Source: a virus
Taxonomy: Duplodnaviria; Heunggongvirae; Uroviricota; Caudoviricetes
Length of the DNA stretch: 15,725 nt
IMG/VR virus record: IMGVR_UViG_3300028789_000005
Strand: one strand, 5' to 3'
The position numbers and the translations under genes are program-made. Shown here one piece after another: positions 6,053 to 13,689 of the stretch; the first letter of the stretch is position 1, and each line of letters begins with the position of its first letter. Under the pieces are notes generated by a model. It saw nothing but the letters and a program-made list of their open reading frames with translations, made no database searches and was not told where the DNA came from.

Positions 6053-8508
6053 TAAAGTACTCCTGCATCGCACGGTTTCGAATGATCATGCGTCGCCAAC
6101 CAGCGGCGGAACATCGGCATCGTGAATGACGTGATGGCTGCGAACGTCATGCTGGACAGATGGTGGCCAAGCATATAGTCTTCTTTCGCGCTTTCCACGG
6201 TGTGATAGCCGATCATGCACTTCGTTTCATCGAAGTTCTTGCCGTTGACATCGTACTGGTCTACCACGAATACGTTGCTGGATTCCGGTGAAGGACCGAC
6301 GTAGCAGTCGATGGAATCTCCATCTGAGCCGTTGATCCCCATGTCGATGAAGCCATAGTCCGCGGGCATCGTCGTTGACCAGCTTACACCATCCGGTGTG
6401 ACTCCGGTGCGCACTCCGCCTTCTGGCGTCTCGACGCGGACGGGAAGCGCGTGGTAGTCCAGCATGCCTTGCGCCCGGTTGGTGACGCTGGAAGCGCCGT
6501 CTTCGTCAAAGGATCTGTGCCTTGGAACTTCGGCCTTGTACACACTACCTTCACCAGCAAAGCTAAGTTTGTAGCCAAGCCGCTGAAGTTTGTGGCCATC
6601 CCAAAGTTCTGCCACATAGACTGGTTTTCCTTCAATATCGGCCGCGCCTTCTGCGTATTCTTGGGCCGTCTGAAGACTCTTGAACGTACGGTTCGAGAGG
6701 GTGTCTTCCGCCTTCTTGCGCAGTGGTCGTGTGCCATGGCGAGCGTCCGTGGCGTACGCCACGATGGAGCCGTCCGTGAAGCGAACCGGGACGGCTGTTT
6801 TTCCGTCCAGGTCCTCAATGGCGTCGCCGATGGACGCGACGACGCGCGTCTGACCGCCGAACAGCAATGCCTCGCCGACCTTTAGCCCCGTAGGCAGTAC
6901 TGGAAGATCAGGAGCGATGTCGGTTGCCTTGCCAGCCTTCTTCTTGACCAGTTCTGGGCCCTTCTTCTCGTCGTTGTCCTCTGGCTTCGCCTTCGGCTCG
7001 TCAGGATCCTCGCCTTGGCCCGTCTTGTTCTCGGCCTTTATGGCCTTGGCTGGCGAGTCGGCCTCGCCCAGACCAGCGCCCTCGCCTCCGAAGAGGCCCT
7101 CGCCAAGCTCACCTTCCGAAGTCACGTCGTCGCTGAGCTTCTGGATGAACTCGTCGTCCAGCGTGGAGCCGATACCGGTGACGTCGCTGGTGCGCTTGAC
7201 TTCCTGCGCGACCTTGCGCGGCGACATGATGCCGCCATTGAGGTACACCGTGGTGGTGTCTGCGACAGCCTTGGCCAGCTCGGCCTTGTCCTTCTCGTCC
7301 AGCACGCGGATGGAGGGGCAGAGCAGGTCGAGATCATCGGGCACCTCGCCCAGCTCGGACATGCAGACGACTGGATACAGTTTCTCTAGCTGTGGGAGCA
7401 GGTATGTGGCCTGATCAGTGGAGATCTTCTCTTCGTAGATCTTCTCGTCGCCATCACCAGCTTGACCCAGGCCGTTGTATGTGCGTCCGAACAGGCGTGT
7501 AACCGGCATCTGCGCCGCACCAGCCAAATTCAACTGGAACAACTGGAAGATCTCGCCGAGACCGCCGAAGCTGAACTGCGTCGACTCTATAGAGCCGTCA
7601 GCCGGCAGCGGGATAAGCGAGTTGTTGCTCATCAGGTGGTTGAGCGCCGTCATGCGCTGCTCGAACTTTTGCGTCGCCATCTGCGACGAGCCGAGGCCGG
7701 ACAGCATCTGCGCCAGCTCCGGGAACTTCATGCCCAGCAGGTTGGCTCGGAACGTTAGCGACAGGATGTTCCACATCGTGTTGTCCAGCATGGTGATGGA
7801 CTCGTACGACGGCTCCAACACCGAGATGCCCCACCACGACTGCGCCTCAACCTCAGGCGTCGGAACGGTGGGCCCGAGGAAGCGCAGCACGCGGCTGGAG
7901 TGGACCTGGAATGACGTGCCGCCGGCCGGCGTGACGTCGTACGTCTCCGGCTTGCCGAAGTCCAACGGCCGGTTGATGTCGGTGCACACGTCGCCGCTCG
8001 GGTGAATTCCCGCCCAGCGGTCGAAAGGTATTACGCCCTTGTACGCACCGATCTTGACGGACTCGAGGTCGAGCGGCTGGTCGAGCTCGTTCTCCTGGCC
8101 GTCGATGACCATCAGGCCGCCGGCGCCGCCGAACAGGCGCCCCCACGTCAGGCCGGTGAGGATGTTGTTCTTGGTGTTGGTCTTGCGCAGTGCGCGGTTG
8201 ATGCGCGTGATATCCTTCGGCTCGATGTCGCTGGTCATCGTCGGCCAGGCCTTGACCATGTCCTGCGCCGGCACCTCGACGATGCGGCGGCTGATCCAGT
8301 GGTTGCGGAACAACGTGATCAGGTTCCAATAGTCGTACGACAGGCGCACGAGGTTGTACTCGGCGCCCTGGCCGAGCGACGGCGTGCCGAAGCCCATGCG
8401 GGCCCCGGAGTTGGAGAACAAGTCGGCGGCCTGCGCCGTGGTGGCTCCGCCGATGCCCAGCAGCTTCTCGACGTTGTTCGCTATTTTGCGCTTGCGGGGC
8501 TTGGGCAT
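6052..8508 (-). CDS. DUF1073-type portal protein with C-terminal extension ending in an inorganic-pyrophosphatase-like domain, 818 aa
   Basis: Portal patterns (ISRRIVEVPAQDMVKAW, WGRLFGGAG, AGAAQMPVTRLFGRTYNGLGQAGDGD, Y.EKI...Q); acidic linker; C-terminal DYGFI..G..GSDGDSIDCYVG...VFVVDQ...FDETKCMIG resembling the family I PPase DxDPxD motif. Confidence 0.88.
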   Translation of the reverse strand: MPKPRKRKIANNVEKLLGIGGATTAQAADLFSNSGARMGFGTPSLGQGAEYNLVRLSYDYWNLITLFRNHWISRRIVEVPAQDMVKAWPTMTSDIEPKDITRINRALRKTNTKNNILTGLTWGRLFGGAGGLMVIDGQENELDQPLDLESVKIGAYKGVIPFDRWAGIHPSGDVCTDINRPLDFGKPETYDVTPAGGTSFQVHSSRVLRFLGPTVPTPEVEAQSWWGISVLEPSYESITMLDNTMWNILSLTFRANLLGMKFPELAQMLSGLGSSQMATQKFEQRMTALNHLMSNNSLIPLPADGSIESTQFSFGGLGEIFQLFQLNLAGAAQMPVTRLFGRTYNGLGQAGDGDEKIYEEKISTDQATYLLPQLEKLYPVVCMSELGEVPDDLDLLCPSIRVLDEKDKAELAKAVADTTTVYLNGGIMSPRKVAQEVKRTSDVTGIGSTLDDEFIQKLSDDVTSEGELGEGLFGGEGAGLGEADSPAKAIKAENKTGQGEDPDEPKAKPEDNDEKKGPELVKKKAGKATDIAPDLPVLPTGLKVGEALLFGGQTRVVASIGDAIEDLDGKTAVPVRFTDGSIVAYATDARHGTRPLRKKAEDTLSNRTFKSLQTAQEYAEGAADIEGKPVYVAELWDGHKLQRLGYKLSFAGEGSVYKAEVPRHRSFDEDGASSVTNRAQGMLDYHALPVRVETPEGGVRTGVTPDGVSWSTTMPADYGFIDMGINGSDGDSIDCYVGPSPESSNVFVVDQYDVNGKNFDETKCMIGYHTVESAKEDYMLGHHLSSMTFAAITSFTMPMFRRWLATHDHSKPCDAGVL

Positions 8509-8526
8509 CTATCGGATTCCTTTCCA

Positions 8527-8600
8527 AGACAACGCCCTTGCGCCGCTTCGGTTGTGGTGCCTAGAACCACCGGGCGCAGGATACAAGTCACTGCGCCCGA
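8527..8600 (-). promoter_or_regulatory. Structured non-coding leader upstream of portal
   Basis: 9-bp stem CGGGCGCAG/CTGCGCCCG (11-nt loop), then GTGGT/ACCAC and ACAAC/GTTGT stems, ending next to the AAAGGA RBS. Confidence 0.4.
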
Positions 8601-8607
8601 TCTTTGC

Positions 8608-9036
8608 CTAAAGTACGTCCAGCGAACTGCGCAGGAATAGACCAGAAAGATTGTTTAGTCTGTAGAACGTCAAATTATTGGATATTTCATTGTTCTTGAT
8701 GGTGTAGACCTCGTCGGTGTGCTGTCCCCGCACACGAACCGCCCTGCCGGGTTCCAACACAGGCTCTTCTTCGACGCTCGGCAGCTGACCAACATGGTTT
8801 TCAAACACTTCCGCGCACATCGCACGCCGCCGAAGCAGCAAATCCGCACCCTCTCGTATGAGCGCGTATGCGCGCTTCCAAGAAGGATTCGGCGTATTGT
8901 CCTTCCATGCGGTGGCCCAATCAGCTAGATGCGCCAGATCGTGGTCGCTGAGATCGTTGTTATTTCCATGCAGCAATTCAGATAGGTTCATACATGCTCC
9001 ATTGCATCCGGACTCCACCGGTGGGTTGTACAGCAT
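8608..9036 (-). CDS. Hypothetical protein, 142 aa (may start later at MNLSELL)
   Basis: TGATG overlap with upstream ORF; alternative ATG with GGAG. Confidence 0.65.
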   Translation of the reverse strand: MLYNPPVESGCNGACMNLSELLHGNNNDLSDHDLAHLADWATAWKDNTPNPSWKRAYALIREGADLLLRRRAMCAEVFENHVGQLPSVEEEPVLEPGRAVRVRGQHTDEVYTIKNNEISNNLTFYRLNNLSGLFLRSSLDVL

Positions 9037-9215
9037 CAAAACGTCGCGAAGTCCTTGACGGCGGAGGCCTCCATCACGACGTCGCCCTTGTCCATGACGA
9101 CCTGGCCCACGGCCGCGTTGTCCTTGTAAAAGACGATTTCGCAGCCGACCTGCTTGTAGCAGTCGGCCTCCACGGTTAGCTCCTTGCCGCCCGCGTATAT
9201 CCTGAACTTCTTCAT
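9036..9215 (-). CDS. 59-aa hypothetical beta-rich protein
   Basis: Manual translation MKKFRIYAGGKELTVEADCYKQVGCEIVFYKDNAAVGQVV...KDFATF; tightly coupled on both sides. Confidence 0.7.
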   Translation of the reverse strand: MKKFRIYAGGKELTVEADCYKQVGCEIVFYKDNAAVGQVVMDKGDVVMEASAVKDFATF

Positions 9216-9216
9216 G

Positions 9217-9537
9217 TCAAATCTCCACTTCCGACTCCGGCAGGATGTCCGTCTCCTCCATCCAGATTACGTTCGTCTCGCTGTAAGGCACCGCCATGAC
9301 GTCGCCCTCGTCGCTCTTCACGAACGCCCACAGCAGGCGCTTGTTGGAGCTGAGAATGGCCTCCAGCACCTCGTCGTCTATCAGCATGCCGCGCCAATGG
9401 ATGACGTCTCCGGCTTGTATCTCCACCTGTCTGCGTTCGTCAGGCAACGTCTTACTACGGCGACGAATGCGCAGCGCCATAACACCCCTCTTGCGGGTCT
9501 TGCAGACCCGAGTCACGTACGGCAGGCGGTAGTTCAT
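9217..9537 (-). CDS. 106-aa hypothetical protein
   Basis: ATGA overlap with the MuF stop (MNYRLPYVTRVCK...). The track's longer version overlaps MuF out of frame. Confidence 0.7.
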   Translation of the reverse strand: MNYRLPYVTRVCKTRKRGVMALRIRRRSKTLPDERRQVEIQAGDVIHWRGMLIDDEVLEAILSSNKRLLWAFVKSDEGDVMAVPYSETNVIWMEETDILPESEVEI

Positions 9538-10424
9538 GCCGCCTCCGCGATGTCGCCGCTGGCCACTTGCTTGAACTGCGTGAGCGTCATTGTCTTGATG
9601 GAGCCGTTGCGGTAGACCCGGTGCGGCCAGCTGACGTCCGAGAACGCGAGCAACGGTATGATGAGGCACCTGCAGTTGAATATGTTGCCCGGCGCGTACT
9701 TTCCAAGCGGCTTCTCGTCGACTAGCGCCTCTGGATCCGGTAGGTCGCCCCACGAGCAAAGCACGCCGTTCAGGTTCTCGTGGCTGGCGCGGGTGCGCTG
9801 GTCGTGCGACGTCGCCCACTCGAACCACTCGAGGTTCAGCGCCTCGGACCGCGCCCGGGTGAGCGCCGAACTGGCCTTCTGCGCCTCGGTCCTGGATATG
9901 AGCCGCGTCCTGGAGCGCAGCAGCTCGGGGAACCGCTTCTGGTACATCTTGGCAATCGTTGCCGGCCGAGCTCCGGCCTGCTGCGCCTTAGTGACTTCGT
10001 TGGTCAGTGTAGTGGCAGCTTCGAGTGGTAGGGAACTAATCAGCGAAGCATTCTCCCTGATCAGTTGCTGGACGCGTGCGCCCGTCGGGCCCCGCATCTC
10101 GGCCTCGAGCAGTTGATAAAGTTTGCCGGCTTGGCTCGACCTGCTGGCCGCCTCGCGCCAGGAGCGCCAGTTGGATTTCTGCGCGCCGTGGACCATGCGC
10201 GTGGCCAGCAGCTCACTAGCGGCCAGTATGTCTGGCATGCGGGAACGCAGAGCGAGCTCGTTCAGCCATTGACTGAACGTCTGCTCCGGCTTCTGCTTTA
10301 CCAGTACGCGGCCGATGATCGCCTTGATGCCTTTCGCGTAACCGTGTTCTAGGCGCTGCGTGGCATGGAACTCTACCGGCGCCTTCTTGGCGGGATTCTT
10401 GCTCGTCTTTTTCATCGGGGGCAT
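9534..10424 (-). CDS. MuF (SPP1 gp7 / Mu gpF-like) head morphogenesis protein, 296 aa
   Basis: RTRLISRTE..KA, WATSHDQRTRASH...NG and PGNIFNCRC are MuF hallmarks. Confidence 0.92.
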   Translation of the reverse strand: MPPMKKTSKNPAKKAPVEFHATQRLEHGYAKGIKAIIGRVLVKQKPEQTFSQWLNELALRSRMPDILAASELLATRMVHGAQKSNWRSWREAASRSSQAGKLYQLLEAEMRGPTGARVQQLIRENASLISSLPLEAATTLTNEVTKAQQAGARPATIAKMYQKRFPELLRSRTRLISRTEAQKASSALTRARSEALNLEWFEWATSHDQRTRASHENLNGVLCSWGDLPDPEALVDEKPLGKYAPGNIFNCRCLIIPLLAFSDVSWPHRVYRNGSIKTMTLTQFKQVASGDIAEAA

Positions 10425-10430
10425 GGCGGT

Positions 10431-10598
10431 TCAGTCCGAGACGGCGATGATGGATCCGTCCGGCATGACCAGCACCTCGCGGTTGCGAGCGCCGCCGAGC
10501 ACGGAGTTCAGCTCATGGGCCGTATAGCGCCGCGACTTGCCGCCAACCAGTTTCTTGGCGGCGTACTTGTAGAGAAACAACCAGAATTTCTGCATCAT
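10431..10598 (-). CDS. 55-aa hypothetical protein
   Basis: ATGA overlap; MMQKFWLFLYKYAAKKLVGG... Confidence 0.6.
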   Translation of the reverse strand: MMQKFWLFLYKYAAKKLVGGKSRRYTAHELNSVLGGARNREVLVMPDGSIIAVSD

Positions 10599-10855
10599 AC
10601 AAGGTTCCTGGCGCTCCACTTCGGCGTCATCTGTTCTTTCCAGTTCTCTTTCGCCGACGTACAAGTGACTCCAAATCCAGTGGTATCGTCGTCGCCCTCG
10701 AACGTGAACACACCCGGCCACTCCTTGTAGACCACGCACGGATGGTCCGGGTCACCACTGTCGAGCGGGTCTACTTGGTCGGCAGGAGCGACAGGCGGCG
10801 CGGGTTTAGTGTGATGGAACCAGCTTGCGAACAGCAATACAGCGATTGGAAGCAT
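10595..10855 (-). CDS. 86-aa protein with signal-peptide-like N-terminus
   Basis: GAGG RBS before ATG; MLPIAVLLFASW then Pro-rich linker and a Cys pair. Confidence 0.6.
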   Translation of the reverse strand: MLPIAVLLFASWFHHTKPAPPVAPADQVDPLDSGDPDHPCVVYKEWPGVFTFEGDDDTTGFGVTCTSAKENWKEQMTPKWSARNLV

Positions 10856-10857
10856 GG

Positions 10858-10932
10858 TCAGTACCTCGTGGACAGGAACCAAACTAGGAATGGGTACCAA
10901 CGCGTCGTGGTCGCTGCGCACAGGAGGTTCAC
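10858..10932 (-). CDS. Possible 24-aa micro-ORF (MNLLCAATTTRWYPFLVWFLSTRY)
   Basis: GTGA overlap with upstream stop; ends 2 nt before the next ATG. Confidence 0.35.
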   Translation of the reverse strand: MNLLCAATTTRWYPFLVWFLSTRY

Positions 10933-11813
10933 ACTGGTGCGACGTCCTTCGCATACCCAGAATCTTTATGCGTCTTCTTCAACTTCTTGCTGACTAAGTC
11001 GTCAACAAACGACGCGCTGAACCCGTATTTCTTCACGATATTTGCCGGGGTCATTCCCTGCTCGAGCTCACGTTTGACCAGCTTGGCCGATCCAGCGTCG
11101 GTGTCGCGTTTCCAGGCGTCCTTCTCGGAGTCGGAGGCTTTCGCCGTGGTGAGCCGAGACTTCTCGGCCTTTAGAACGGCCGTAACCTTAGCGAGAGGAA
11201 CGCCTTCAGACAGTGCTTTGCGCGCAATTACTTCGTACTTAGCCAGCGTGTCTTTCATAGTAGCGGCTGTCTTAACTTTTCCCAGAGCGCCTTCACTTAC
11301 GGCCTTGATCTGCGCCTCGAAGGACGCGGCATCTTCCGCCGGACGCTTGGAGCGTGGAATCACCTTCGCCATGGGCGCTACATTGGCCGGTGCCTTCTGT
11401 ACGTCGTGGCGCGTGGAGCCTACTGGATTGACGGCGTCCTTCCCCTGAGCGGCGGAGGACTTCGCTTCTTCGGCCTTCTTGGCCACGTAGCGATCCAGGA
11501 AGGTGACGATGGGCTTCGCCTGCTTGGGCTTCTCGGCGTACTTGTACTCGTCTTTGGCGCTACCTTTTTCGTACTGGTTGACCCACTTGATCGCCGCCGC
11601 TTCACTGGGGAACCCGGTTTGTTCTTTGCCGTCTGGCAGCTTGACGTACGCACGTCCGCTGGGCATGGTGCGAATCTCACAAGATTTATACGGCATGCGT
11701 GCTTCGTCCCGCGCCGCCCTCGCGTCCAGAGCGGCGTCCAGCGCGCGGTGCAGCCGGGCCTTGCGGTCGTTGATTGTTCCCGGCCCATCACGTAGTACCG
11801 TCGGCTTGCCCAT
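10929..11813 (-). CDS. 294-aa modular Lys/Ala-rich protein with xAxD/xxKD-delimited modules and a C-terminal HTH-like module
   Basis: AAGGAG RBS before ATG 11813 (the track's extension runs through a terminator); RALD, AARD, SAKD, QGKD, PAED, KASD, THKD, YAKD; HTH-like QGMTPANIVKKYGFSASFV. Confidence 0.85.
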   Translation of the reverse strand: MGKPTVLRDGPGTINDRKARLHRALDAALDARAARDEARMPYKSCEIRTMPSGRAYVKLPDGKEQTGFPSEAAAIKWVNQYEKGSAKDEYKYAEKPKQAKPIVTFLDRYVAKKAEEAKSSAAQGKDAVNPVGSTRHDVQKAPANVAPMAKVIPRSKRPAEDAASFEAQIKAVSEGALGKVKTAATMKDTLAKYEVIARKALSEGVPLAKVTAVLKAEKSRLTTAKASDSEKDAWKRDTDAGSAKLVKRELEQGMTPANIVKKYGFSASFVDDLVSKKLKKTHKDSGYAKDVAPV

Positions 11814-11830
11814 TTCAGTCTCCTTCGTCC

Positions 11831-11871
11831 AAACGTAAAATGCCCTCGCATCCAGGTATGAATACGAGGGC
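11831..11871 (-). terminator. Probable intrinsic terminator after GIY-YIG gene
   Basis: GCCCTCGTAT/ATGCGAGGGC 10-bp stem with one GU pair, followed by ATTTTACGTTT. Confidence 0.65.
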
Positions 11872-11881
11872 TCTTCCAAAC

Positions 11882-12742
11882 TTATTTTGCTAGAGCTTTG
11901 CGGCGTGCCCAAGAAGCTAGTCTGCTCTTCGACTGCCGTGATCTGTAGTCTCTGTCGGCCCACTGTGACTTAGCACGTTGTGATAGTACTTCCGTAGACT
12001 GTGGTGCACGATTCATGTTCTGCAGCCCACGTTCTAGTTTAGCGCGGCTTTCTTTATTGGCCCATTGCGCTTTGGCGCGCTCGGAACATGCTTGTTTCTG
12101 CGCAGGTGTTTTCTTCTTACCAACGTTAGCGCCGTGGTTAGCTCGCCAAACAGGGTCTTCCCACAAGCGTTTGAACATCTTGCTAGTATTGGCTTTGAAT
12201 TTAGCCGTCCTAGGGCGCGCACACCGTTTGCGCAGATCAGGATCGGCTGCGTGCTTTGCCTTCAGTTGCGAGCTAACGTAAGCCCTAACTTCTGGGTCAG
12301 CGAATGTCTTCCTACATGCTGCTGCGACACTAGCACGTACAGCCGGGTCAGAGAATCGTTTTAACTGCGCTTTGCGCATGTTGTTTCTAGCTACGGCACC
12401 GAATTCTATGTGCTGTCCACCGCCGCGTGTCAGGTTGTAGCCACCACCTAACGGGTCGTCAACGAACGTGTGCAGCTTCGCGATGTAATACGTTTCCATT
12501 TCATTCAGACGACTTATTGGGCCAGTCCAGATCACTTCCCAACTGAAACCCTCTTCGTACTTGTTCTTACGCAGTGCACTGTGGAAGTAGGACTTGCATC
12601 CTTTACGTGCTTGTCCTACGTGACCTTTCCATCGTTTCAGCACAGTCAGCACGTTCTTATGCTGACCAACGTATCCCATGTCATTCTTTAGATTTACAGA
12701 ATGGTATATACACCCAATCTGTTCTTGCTTCGATTTCTTCAT
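11882..12742 (-). CDS. Free-standing GIY-YIG homing endonuclease with NUMOD3-like repeats, 286 aa
   Basis: GCIY...YVGQ, R..GH, E (EMETYY), GYNLTRGG; C-terminal [WF].DP..R repeats; lower GC than portal/MuF cores. Confidence 0.92.
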   Translation of the reverse strand: MKKSKQEQIGCIYHSVNLKNDMGYVGQHKNVLTVLKRWKGHVGQARKGCKSYFHSALRKNKYEEGFSWEVIWTGPISRLNEMETYYIAKLHTFVDDPLGGGYNLTRGGGQHIEFGAVARNNMRKAQLKRFSDPAVRASVAAACRKTFADPEVRAYVSSQLKAKHAADPDLRKRCARPRTAKFKANTSKMFKRLWEDPVWRANHGANVGKKKTPAQKQACSERAKAQWANKESRAKLERGLQNMNRAPQSTEVLSQRAKSQWADRDYRSRQSKSRLASWARRKALAK

Positions 12743-12768
12743 CGCTATCTCCAGCGGCTCCGGTAGTT

Positions 12769-12803
12769 AAATCAAAGAAGGCCGCCCGGAGATGAGCGGC
12801 CTT
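12769..12803 (-). terminator. Probable intrinsic terminator before GIY-YIG gene
   Basis: AAGGCCGCT/GGCGGCCTT stem followed by CTTTGATTT. Confidence 0.7.
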
Positions 12804-12839
12804 GTCGGTCTGCAGGACCTATCTTTGAAGATTTATTTC

Positions 12840-13175
12840 TTAAGCCACTTGGGCAAAAACCCCTCCGCTGACATCATCGACGATGCCTTCCTCGGTGACG
12901 GTGCCGGTGACAGTCGCCACGGTGCCATCAAGATTTGTGTAAGTCCAGGTTACTTGAATGGCCTCACCACCAGCAGCAATTACTGCGCCAGCAGGAATGG
13001 CAGCCGAGAACGTGGTGCCGGTGGGGTCGGAGGGAACCAACGCGACCGGGAAGTTGGTCATGTCGGACGAAGTGACTGCGGCCTTGGTGCCGTCGAGCGT
13101 GAAAGCCGCGCCGGTGAACGCAGGGGTTACTTGAAATACGGGGGTGTTGCCGGGCTGAATCGGAAGAAGAGCCAT
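12840..13175 (-). CDS. 111-aa Ig-like/beta-sandwich candidate, probable virion accessory protein
   Basis: TAAGGAG RBS, ATG 13175; Thr/Val/Ala-rich strands (AVTSSD, IQVTWTYTNLDGTVATVTGTVT). Confidence 0.75.
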   Translation of the reverse strand: MALLPIQPGNTPVFQVTPAFTGAAFTLDGTKAAVTSSDMTNFPVALVPSDPTGTTFSAAIPAGAVIAAGGEAIQVTWTYTNLDGTVATVTGTVTEEGIVDDVSGGVFAQVA

Positions 13176-13189
13176 GTCTGTGTTACTCC

Positions 13190-13375
13190 TTATTTGATTT
13201 GTGCGATGGACCCGCCATCGACGTTGTCTTTCGCCTTGTCGGACAAGAGCTTGATTAACTGGCGCAAATCGCAACAGACTTCGCGCAACAGTTTGTTCGT
13301 CTCTCGTAGTTCACGTGCTAGATCACCCTCTACATCAGGCGGGTAGCCGGGGTGTCTACGGAAATCATCAGCCAT
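13190..13375 (-). CDS. 61-aa coiled-coil protein
   Basis: AAGGGAG RBS, ATG 13375; heptads LARELRETNKLLREVCCDLRQL. Confidence 0.75.
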   Translation of the reverse strand: MADDFRRHPGYPPDVEGDLARELRETNKLLREVCCDLRQLIKLLSDKAKDNVDGGSIAQIK

Positions 13376-13414
13376 AGACTTGGCTCCCTTCACGCAGCGG
13401 TTGCTGCTGGTTTA

Positions 13415-13444
13415 ATTATAGTGGCCTGGTGGGTGGTCTGGCTA
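13415..13444 (-). promoter_or_regulatory. Candidate sigma70-type promoter (TAGCCA-N18-TATAAT)
   Basis: Perfect TATAAT at 13415-13420 in a long intergenic gap; weak -35 (4/6). Confidence 0.5.
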
Positions 13445-13503
13445 GTTACTGCGACATGCGTACAACGGGTGTTACAAATAGCTCACTGGCTGGACAACCA
13501 ATT

Positions 13504-13689
13504 CTACGCTAGTACTTCGGCCATGTTGGTGTTGCGGCGCTCCGGATCGACAAGACTATTCGGTCGCCAAAAGATGCGCAGACCTACTTGCTTGGATAAC
13601 TCACGAGCTTCTTCACAGGTTACGAACTTGCGTTCTACTGCGTCTGACTTCACGACTGCTTTGCCCTTCACTGTCACGCACCTCGCCAC
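13504..13689 (-). CDS. 61-aa hypothetical protein
   Basis: GTG overlaps upstream TAG. Confidence 0.6.
   Translation of the reverse strand: MARCVTVKGKAVVKSDAVERKFVTCEEARELSKQVGLRIFWRPNSLVDPERRNTNMAEVLA

Noticed and set aside
6052-8508. Labelling the DUF1073 protein as anti-CBASS Acb1
   Set aside because: No paired HxT/S 2H-phosphoesterase motifs recognised; the C-terminal domain looks PPase-like and the N-terminal region is a portal.
7853-8527. 224-aa minus-strand ORF overlapping the portal start
   Set aside because: Arg/Pro/Gly-rich alternative-frame product typical of high-GC DNA.
11814-11963. 50-aa N-terminal extension of the 294-aa ORF
   Set aside because: Crosses a terminator and the GIY-YIG gene end; strong RBS at ATG 11813.
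11882-12742. Group I intron hosting the GIY-YIG gene
   Set aside because: Flanking genes are complete with their own RBS and stops; I saw no split ORF or intron core.
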